Source: Verrucomicrobiota bacterium (GTDB lineage: Bacteria; Verrucomicrobiota; Verrucomicrobiia; Palsa-1439). From it: a stretch of DNA of 51,621 nucleotides. The DNA is taken from positions 1-51,621 of the forward strand of contig OMJI01000097.1 of the NCBI GenBank assembly GCA_900299315.1. The letters run 5' to 3'. The first letter of the stretch is position 1, and each line of letters opens with the position of its first letter. The notes under the pieces were generated by a model. The model was not told the origin of the DNA and ran no database searches. It saw nothing but the letters and a program-made list of their open reading frames with translations. The translations under genes were made by a program, and so were the position numbers. Of this stretch, positions 44,401 through 51,213 are shown piece by piece.

Positions 44401-45951
44401 CTACCTCCGTTCATGTTTCACACTCCGCAGCAATGTCGCAACGTCCGGGGCGTTGTCAACGGCCGCATTGTAAATCTGCACCGTGGCATCGTCAAAAACA
44501 TTCAAGAGTTGCACCACCGCTTCCCCGGGTTCGACGCCGAACGCCAGTTCGTCCCACTGCACGCTCGTCATCTGCTTGGCGAATTTCTCGACGCACCGGC
44601 CGCGGAAGTAAGCGCGCGTGTCGGGCGGCGGCTGCCGGATGGCTTGCCGGATTTGCTCGTCGGTCACGAACCGCTGCACCGTGCCTTCCCGGACCAGCTC
44701 GGCGAACAGCCCCTCGTCGCGGCGAACGTTGTGGTATTCCAAATCGAGGGACTGGAGCCACGGGTCATCCCACTTCACGCCTTCCGCCTCGACGAAGGTC
44801 GTGAGCAACCACCATTTCGCCACCCAGTCGAGCCGGTCGCGGCAGGACCACACGTCGCGTTCCAAGTCGTCCAGCACTTGCCGCCACGTCGCGAGCACCC
44901 AATCCACATCAGCGCCGTGGCCGCGCAACCGTTTTTCGGCGGCGGCGAGGTATTCGCGTTGCAGGTCGATGGGCGAAATCGTCCGCCCACCCGTCAAGAC
45001 GACCGGCGTGCGCAATGTCGGGTCGCGCGAGAGCGACTTCAACGCGGCAATCGGGTCGGCCAGTTCGATGTTCATCGGGCACGCGTCTTCTTCGAGCAGG
45101 TCGAGCACGAGCGACGTGGTGCCGAGTTTCAGCGCCCCGGCGACCTCGCTCATGTTGGCGTCGCCGATGATCACGTGCATGCGCCGGTATTTCTCGCTGT
45201 TGGCGTGCGGCTCGTCGCGGGTGTTGATGATGGGCCGGCGGTTCATCGTGTCGATGGAGACGAGGACGCTGAAGAAATCCGACCGCTGCGAAATCTGGAA
45301 CTTACCGGGGTTCGCGTCCTCCTCCGTTTCGATCCCCACCTTGCCGGCGCCCGCGATGAGTTGCCGGGTCACGAGGAATGGCGTGAGCCCCCGGATCACG
45401 GTCTCGAAGGGCACGCGGCGGTCCATCAGGTAGTTGTCATGTGTGCCGTAGCTGTGGCCGATGAAATCGGTATTGTTCTTGAACACCTTCACCACGCCGC
45501 GACCGGCCAGTTGCAGGTTCCGGCGGCGCACGCATTCCTCGATGATGCGCTCCCCGGCTTTGTCCTGCGCGATGATGTCGCGGAGGCTCTTGCATTCCGG
45601 GGTGGAATACTCGGGGTGCGCGTGGTCGTTGTAAAACCGCGCGCCGTTGGAGAGCACGAGGTCGCTCTTGATTTCCTGAAAGCTCAGCCTCCGGTTGAGG
45701 TCCTGAACGAAATACTTCGCCTCGTCGAAGTCCTGCATCAACTCCTCGACGCGAAACCCCCGGGCATCGAGATGCGGGTCTTCGAGCGAGTAATCCCACT
45801 TCATTTCCGTGTCGCGGGCCGGCGGGACCACTTCCGTATACGCCCGCACCAACGCGATGGACTCGGCCACCACGTCCACGGAGTCCACCCCGTCCACCGT
45901 GATGCCGTACTCCGTCTCAATGCCAAGCGTGCGCCGCATGATGCGATGCAA
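44401..45951 (-). CDS. Pup/UBact ligase-deamidase family protein (PafA/Dop homolog, 516 aa, Dop-like position)
   Basis: N-terminal LGIETEYG signature; paralog of 41258..42670; immediately upstream of the modifier gene as dop is in actinobacteria. Confidence 0.85.
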   Translation of the reverse strand: MHRIMRRTLGIETEYGITVDGVDSVDVVAESIALVRAYTEVVPPARDTEMKWDYSLEDPHLDARGFRVEELMQDFDEAKYFVQDLNRRLSFQEIKSDLVLSNGARFYNDHAHPEYSTPECKSLRDIIAQDKAGERIIEECVRRRNLQLAGRGVVKVFKNNTDFIGHSYGTHDNYLMDRRVPFETVIRGLTPFLVTRQLIAGAGKVGIETEEDANPGKFQISQRSDFFSVLVSIDTMNRRPIINTRDEPHANSEKYRRMHVIIGDANMSEVAGALKLGTTSLVLDLLEEDACPMNIELADPIAALKSLSRDPTLRTPVVLTGGRTISPIDLQREYLAAAEKRLRGHGADVDWVLATWRQVLDDLERDVWSCRDRLDWVAKWWLLTTFVEAEGVKWDDPWLQSLDLEYHNVRRDEGLFAELVREGTVQRFVTDEQIRQAIRQPPPDTRAYFRGRCVEKFAKQMTSVQWDELAFGVEPGEAVVQLLNVFDDATVQIYNAAVDNAPDVATLLRSVKHERR

Positions 45952-46004
45952 TCATAGCGCATCTTACCGGGTTGTCACATCAACTGAATCAACAAGAGCG
46001 CGGC

Positions 46005-46220
46005 TCAGAGATTGGCGACGAACTCTTCGGGAGAAACACCCGCTTGCTTCAACACCCCACGCAAGGTACCGGGATCAATCTCGCGGTGCATCGGCACCAC
46101 ACATCCACGCTCCCCTCGGCGCAGAATGGCGTGGCTTCCTTTTTGTCGCAGGAAAACAAAGCCGAGCCGTTCGAGTGATTTCACCGCCTCAGAGCCTGAA
46201 ACGAGCGGCAGCTTAGCCAC
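46005..46220 (-). CDS. hicA: HicA-family mRNA interferase toxin
   Basis: 71 aa, SGSEAVKSLERLGF...QKGSHAIL signature of HicA/YcfA family. Confidence 0.85.
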   Translation of the reverse strand: MAKLPLVSGSEAVKSLERLGFVFLRQKGSHAILRRGERGCVVPMHREIDPGTLRGVLKQAGVSPEEFVANL

Positions 46221-46425
46221 GCGCTGGCTCCACCTCGAACGTCGTCAACAGCGGCTTGGCACGCGGTTCCAGAGGAAACTCGCTCAAGTACAACTCGACC
46301 GCCTCCCGCAGATTCGCCAAAGCCTCCTCAACGGACTTACCCTGCGTCGTCGTTCCCGTTTCAGGGTTCTGGGCGATAAGGACGCCGCTTTCTTCGCCAG
46401 GGTAAATAATCGCTGTGAGTGTCAT
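46213..46425 (-). CDS. hicB: HicB-family antitoxin (UPF0150 fold)
   Basis: 70 aa, ...GVLIAQNPETGTTTQGKSVEEALANLREAVELYL; 8-nt overlap with hicA. Confidence 0.8.
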   Translation of the reverse strand: MTLTAIIYPGEESGVLIAQNPETGTTTQGKSVEEALANLREAVELYLSEFPLEPRAKPLLTTFEVEPARG

Positions 46426-46472
46426 GTCACTTGCAGCATACCAGCCTAATCAACCGCCCGCAATGGCCTGAC

Positions 46473-48152
46473 TCACACCACCGGGCTGATTCCCTTGGTG
46501 CGTGCGGGGGCGCGCGTGTGGATGGGGGCGACCTTGACGACGTTCTCGGGGTCGTAATCGAGGAGCTTGAGCCAGTCTTCCGTGATGTCGGTCGGCGGGA
46601 AGATGTCGTTCTCGTGGTATTCGAGCTCGATGGACTGGAGCAGGTCGGCCTCGCTGATGCCCTCGTCCTTTTTCGACTCGATGCTGCGCTTGATGGCGAG
46701 TTCCTTGGCGCGCTCGACGATGCTGGCGATGATCGCGCCGCTGATCAGGTCACCCCGGTAGAGGATGTGGCTGCGGCCGCTGCGGAGCTGAACTTCAAGG
46801 AACCGGTTCTCGTCGCGGTGCGTGAAGAGATTCCCGATGATGCTATCGAGCAACGCCTCGAGCTTACCGGCCAGCGGCAAATCCTGGCTCAGGTAGATGC
46901 CGAAGATTTCCCGGGAGCCTTCCTTGTCCGGTCGGTTCACCTTGATCTTCCGGTCGATCCGACCGGGCCGCAGGATGGCCGGGTCAATCAAGTCCGCTCG
47001 GTTCGACGCGAGGATGATCACCACGTCGTGCAGCGACTCGATACCGTCCATCTCCGAGCAGAACATCGGCACGAGCGTCGAGAGGATATTGGAATACCGG
47101 CCCGCGCGGCGCGTCCCGAGGATACTCTCCGCCTCGTCGATGAACACAAACGGCATGTAGCCCTGTTTCCGTTTCTCGCGCGCCATCGTGAAAATCTCGC
47201 GCACCATCCGCTCCGATTCGCCGACCCACATGTTGAGGATCTCCGGGCCCTTGATGTGCATGAAACACTCCTTCATGTCGTGCCCGGCCTGCTCGCTCAG
47301 CTTGCGCGTGAGATTGTACGCCGTCGCCTTGCCGATGAGCGTCTTGCCGCAACCCGGTGGGCCGTGCAGGAGAAATCCTTTCGGCTGCGCGTAGTGGAAC
47401 CGGCTGAACAGTTCCGGATGCAACATCGGCAGCTCGATCGCGTCCTTGATACCCTGAATCGCTGCGTGCTGGCCACCGACCCGGTTCCACGGCAACTCCG
47501 GCACGTCTTCGAGGTAGTATTCTTTCTGCCCGGGCGTGGCGAGCAACTCGACCGCGACGCGAAACGCCGGGTCGATCCGCACTTCGTCCCCGTTCTTGAT
47601 CGCCGCCGGCAACAAATCGCTGCTGCGCTGCAAAATGATCGACTGCAACCCGTGTTCCTGCCCGATTCGCAGCCGGCCGTCCTTGAGCACATCCACCACC
47701 TTGCCGACCGGGCCCGAATTGTCGTAGCCGAGATCGCCGACGACCACGTACGCCTCGTTCACCAGCACGCGCGTCCCGATCTTCAAGGAGGGCAAATCGA
47801 GCCGGGGGTCCACGTTGGAGTAATAATCATGGCCGCCGACCGCGATGTGCGCGATTTCCTTCTTCGGCAACCCAAGGAACGTCCCGATCCGGTTGGCCGG
47901 GGCGGTGACCTTCTTGATGACCTCGTCCATCTTCTCGATGGCCGCCCGCGCCTCGCTCAGCGTGATGTCGTGTTCCTGAATCTGCTGGCGCAGCCGGTAC
48001 AAGTCCACCCGGGCCGGGTCTCCTTCCCCGGTAGCGGCGATGAGTTTATCGACAAGCGAGATGGGCGACTCCTCGGCAGGGCCACCCCAGTTGTCCGTCG
48101 TCTCGAACGGCTCTCGACCGGCGCGCGGTCTTTTAAAAGGTTGGTCACTCAT
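46473..48152 (-). CDS. proteasome-associated AAA+ ATPase (ARC/Mpa-like)
   Basis: N-terminal coiled coil, tandem OB-like region, AAA+ module GPPGCGKT Walker A, FIDEAES Walker B; C-terminus ...TKGISPVV. Confidence 0.9.
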   Translation of the reverse strand: MSDQPFKRPRAGREPFETTDNWGGPAEESPISLVDKLIAATGEGDPARVDLYRLRQQIQEHDITLSEARAAIEKMDEVIKKVTAPANRIGTFLGLPKKEIAHIAVGGHDYYSNVDPRLDLPSLKIGTRVLVNEAYVVVGDLGYDNSGPVGKVVDVLKDGRLRIGQEHGLQSIILQRSSDLLPAAIKNGDEVRIDPAFRVAVELLATPGQKEYYLEDVPELPWNRVGGQHAAIQGIKDAIELPMLHPELFSRFHYAQPKGFLLHGPPGCGKTLIGKATAYNLTRKLSEQAGHDMKECFMHIKGPEILNMWVGESERMVREIFTMAREKRKQGYMPFVFIDEAESILGTRRAGRYSNILSTLVPMFCSEMDGIESLHDVVIILASNRADLIDPAILRPGRIDRKIKVNRPDKEGSREIFGIYLSQDLPLAGKLEALLDSIIGNLFTHRDENRFLEVQLRSGRSHILYRGDLISGAIIASIVERAKELAIKRSIESKKDEGISEADLLQSIELEYHENDIFPPTDITEDWLKLLDYDPENVVKVAPIHTRAPARTKGISPVV

Positions 48153-48224
48153 GTTGGCGACTGCGTCCCTTTCGTTGCCGGATTATAGCGCGGCAATTTT
48201 CCGACTGCAAACTCCGGCTGGTGA

Positions 48225-48272
48225 CTGTAGCCGAAGCGTAAGCTTCGGCCGAGGCTCACGCCTCGGCTACAG
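48225..48272. repeat. REPIN-like doublet (copy B)
   Basis: CTGTAGC-CGAAGC-GTAA-GCTTCG-GCCGAGGC-TCAC-GCCTCGGC-TACAG; bracketed by 12-bp direct repeats CGACTGCAAACT (48202-48213, 48281-48292). Confidence 0.6.
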
Positions 48273-48338
48273 GGGTTCCGCGACTGCAAACTGCACCCTT
48301 GATTGGCCACTTGGTTTCGCCTATAAACGCCCCGCTTT

Positions 48339-48812
48339 ATGCGACACACGATATCCGTTTTGGTGGAAAACAAATTCGGGGTGCTCACCCGCATCTCCGG
48401 CCTCTTCAGCGGCCGCGGCTTCAACATCGACACCCTCAACGTCGCCCCCACGCAGGACCCGACCCAGTCCCGCATGACCATCGTCGTCAAGGGCGACGAC
48501 GCGACCCTCGAACAAATCATCAAGCAACTCAACAAACTCGTCGATGTCGTGAAGATCCAAGACTTCCGCGACGACGAGTACGTCGACCGGGAGCTGGTGC
48601 TCGTGAAGATCAACTGCGACGCCAAGAACCGCTCCGAGGTCATGCAGATCTGCGACATCTTCCGCGCGAAGATCGTCGACGTTGCCCACAAGAGCCTCGC
48701 CATCGAGATCACCGGCAACGAGTCCAAGATCACCAAGTTCCTCGAACTGATGGAACCCTTCGGAATCCGCGACCTCACCCGCACCGGTAAAGTCGCCATG
48801 CCGCGCAAATAA
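48339..48812 (+). CDS. ilvN: acetolactate synthase small (regulatory) subunit
   Basis: MRHTISVLVENKFGVLTRISGLFSGRGFNIDTLNV ACT-domain signature; 157 aa. Confidence 0.9.
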   Translation: MRHTISVLVENKFGVLTRISGLFSGRGFNIDTLNVAPTQDPTQSRMTIVVKGDDATLEQIIKQLNKLVDVVKIQDFRDDEYVDRELVLVKINCDAKNRSEVMQICDIFRAKIVDVAHKSLAIEITGNESKITKFLELMEPFGIRDLTRTGKVAMPRK

Positions 48813-48873
48813 CGACGTTCCATCCGCATTCATCGGCAGCTAAGCAACGAACCTCTGCCCTTCTGCTGTCACA

Positions 48874-48940
48874 TGTAGGCGCGCTTCTGTGAAGCGCGCG
48901 TCGTTCATCGTAATCGGGCGCTTCACAGAAGCGCCCCCAC
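48874..48940. repeat. inverted pair of GT(A/G)G-headed hairpins downstream of ilvN (possible terminator)
   Basis: GTAG+GCGCGCTTC-TGT-GAAGCGCGC (48874-48898) and, on the opposite strand, GTGG+GGGCGCTTC-TGT-GAAGCGCCC (48915-48940). Confidence 0.5.
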
Positions 48941-49041
48941 AAGGACAAGGCCTGCGCCGAGCCGACCGGGTAAAACCATCCCCACAGTTTGGCGAGGCTA
49001 CCGGCAAAAAAGCTTCCCCGGCGCGATGAAAATCAGTCATT

Positions 49042-49305
49042 TGCTGACTGCATTGACCGTCCGCCGGCGGGCGGAACCTTCCGGCGGCCTGCAAATTGCC
49101 ACTGCCGGCGGAAAATGGCTTTCTGCAGCCTGCAATTGACCGCCGCCGGCCGGAAGTCGGCGTTTGCAGCCTGCCATTCGCCAGATCCGGCCGGCGGAAC
49201 CTTTCTGCAGGCGGCAGAAGAGCGCCAACGGCCGGCGGTGAGGAAATGCAGCCTGCAAAAGACCATTTCCCACCGGCGGAGGGTAATTGCAGCCTGCAGA
49301 AGAGC
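49042..49305. repeat. tandem array with exact 41-bp period (6-7 units)
   Basis: Core TGCAGCCTGCA (or 1-3 mismatch variants) at 49042, 49083, 49124, 49165, 49206, 49247, 49288, each exactly 41 bp apart; second conserved block CCGGCGG/CCGGCCG about 22 nt after each core. Confidence 0.8.
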
Positions 49306-49588
49306 ATAAATTATAGGCATTCAGCTGCCGCGCAATGAGATACGAGAAATAGCCCCAAATCGGCACTTCAGGTGTCGACTGGCCATCGCTGAGTTGTAGC
49401 GGCCGCCGTCCCGGCGGCAAATGAGCTTGGCTTCCGAACCCGTGAGCGTAGAATTTCCACCGTGACGCCAAACCACCGGCCCATATCTGTCCGACAAAAG
49501 ACAACGGGCTTTGTCTTTTGCCCCTGACTTTGTCCCGTTACCAATGTTAGGTGTATCTGATATTGGAACTCCAAGGAAGGTATCGCAC

Positions 49589-49969
49589 ATGAATCAACAA
49601 GAATCGTGTCCGTGCTGCGGAAGCTCCCCAATCAAACGCGTTAAGAGCAACAAGAACGCACTCTCCTTGAACGGCGATCGCCGGTGTGAGGTCTGTCAGG
49701 CGCTTTGGTCTCCACCACTTCCGAAATGGGCAGCCTTGGTCTTCATCTTCGGGATGCCCGTTTTCGTTTTGTTGGCGTGGACCATGTTTCATTTCTCCTT
49801 TCCAGAGATGCCAGTGCTGAGGGGACAAAACCCAGTTCCGCTTGTTTTGGGATGTCTGGTTTATGTTTGGTTTGTGGTTTATCCAAGTATCCGCGTTCTA
49901 TGCGGGAAAGCAGGACAACTCAAGATCCTGGAGAAACCCTCAACAACAAATCCAGTGTCTACTAAGTAG
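49589..49969 (+). CDS. small zinc-ribbon membrane protein (hypothetical)
   Basis: GGAAGG RBS before ATG 49589; CPCC...CEVC four-Cys ribbon followed by two hydrophobic helices; lower GC than surroundings. Confidence 0.55.
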   Translation: MNQQESCPCCGSSPIKRVKSNKNALSLNGDRRCEVCQALWSPPLPKWAALVFIFGMPVFVLLAWTMFHFSFPEMPVLRGQNPVPLVLGCLVYVWFVVYPSIRVLCGKAGQLKILEKPSTTNPVSTK

Positions 49970-50243
49970 CATTATCGATACGGTGGAGCTTACCGTGTCC
50001 GCTTTGCGGCCACGGTAGCTCACCTCAGACGGAAGGCGGAAGAGTGACCGGCATGGGCGGAGTGAGTTCGGCTATAGCTGCCGGTCTGGTAACCACACTC
50101 CTGATTGTACGCCCTGATTAGGCCACTTCGAGCACGTCATGCAATCCATCACCCAAGATGCCCAGCGAGTGAGCCTGCTTTTCCAGTATGGCGTGCTGGA
50201 TGCCGCCGCTGTCATTGCGTGGTCTGATGAGGTGATTGTTTAG

Positions 50244-50609
50244 ATGGGGTCGCCACCGGATGCGCTACTTGAGCTCTCCACCACTGCCCCTGACCGGACT
50301 GCCGATGTTCTGTCGTGTCTACATCGGTTGAGTTCTGGAGCGGACTTTTGGCCAGCGTTGAGGAACGCGATCCCTCAGCTTCGGGATTTTGTCGCCTCCC
50401 ATCCAGACCGTGCGGAGAGCATCGCCAATAATTTGTTTCTCACTGTCGCTCATTTCCCTGTTGCCGAGTTGCCAGATGATTTGCATTTCATCTACCGCTT
50501 CGATGAAGCATTCTCATTGGCGCGCGAGGGAACATACGGAGACACTGAGACAGTTTACCGAGAGTTCATTCATGAGATGGAGAGATTCAAACCATCCGTC
50601 CCGAGGTAG
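50244..50609 (+). CDS. hypothetical protein (121 aa), possibly the distal part of an amber-interrupted gene starting at 50139
   Basis: ORF in lower-GC islet; an in-frame 34-codon ORF (50139-50240) ends in TAG immediately before this ATG. Confidence 0.5.
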   Translation: MGSPPDALLELSTTAPDRTADVLSCLHRLSSGADFWPALRNAIPQLRDFVASHPDRAESIANNLFLTVAHFPVAELPDDLHFIYRFDEAFSLAREGTYGDTETVYREFIHEMERFKPSVPR

Positions 50610-50649
50610 ACCGCCAGTTGTTTCTTTTTGAGTTCAGCTTTGCCATTCA
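50603..50649 (+). repeat. 47-bp direct repeat, copy 1
   Basis: GAGGTAGACCGCCAGTTGTTTCTTTTTGAGTTCAGCTTTGCCATTCA; 45/47 identical to 50904-50950. Confidence 0.8.
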
Positions 50650-50903
50650 AGCCCGTTGCTGCGCAGGTCTCGCGGACCGGGCTTTCTCAATCCTCACGAG
50701 AACAAGACACCCTGTTGTTGTGGGAGCGGTTTGCAACCGCGACCGGTCGGGGTTGAAGCCGAGTCTGACGAGACGCGGGCCGCCGCAAACCCCTCCCACG
50801 AGAAGCTGTGAAATCCCCGACCTGACTGCCGGACCCTTCACGGCGGGCTGAGGGCAGCCCGCCCTACCGGAACTTTACCCGCCTCAACTGGATCGTTCCG
50901 GCT

Positions 50904-50950
50904 GAGGTAGACCGCCAGTCGTTTCTTTTTGAGTTCAGCTTCGCCATTCA
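50904..50950 (+). repeat. 47-bp direct repeat, copy 2
   Basis: GAGGTAGACCGCCAGTCGTTTCTTTTTGAGTTCAGCTTCGCCATTCA; 301 bp downstream of copy 1. Confidence 0.8.
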
Positions 50951-51087
50951 CTCCATTTCTGCCCGCCACCCTCAACGTCGCTTCCACCCCCAAGTCGTGG
51001 GGCGCCTTTGCAGCATCCTCTGGTGGTGAGCAGCAACTCAACGCTTGGTGGCTTGCGGGGTGCAGTTGGAAGTTTTGGCCAACCTCA

Positions 51088-51135
51088 CTGTAGCCGAGGC
51101 GTGAGCCTCGGCCGAAGCTCACGCTTCGGCTACAA
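51088..51135. repeat. REPIN-like doublet (copy C)
   Basis: CTGTAGC-CGAGGC-GTGA-GCCTCG-GCCGAAGC-TCAC-GCTTCGGC-TACAA; bracketed by TGGCTTGCGGGG direct repeats (51049-51060, 51161-51172). Confidence 0.6.
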
Positions 51136-51213
51136 CCGCCCAAAGATTCGAACGGCACCCTGGCTTGCGGGGCTGCGTTGACTTGGTTGTGGGTCGGGGC
51201 GTAAGGTTTCGGC

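Noticed and set aside
49042-49305. Tandem array considered as a CRISPR array
   Set aside because: The period is only 41 bp, conserved blocks are interleaved rather than arranged as repeat and unique spacer, the units are degenerate, and there are no cas genes nearby.
48840-49504. Several 95-155-aa ORFs on both strands across the ilvN-downstream region
   Set aside because: They are translations of the palindromes and the 41-bp array (repetitive PAGG/CSLQ strings). Overlapping ORFs occur in multiple frames and show no coding signal.
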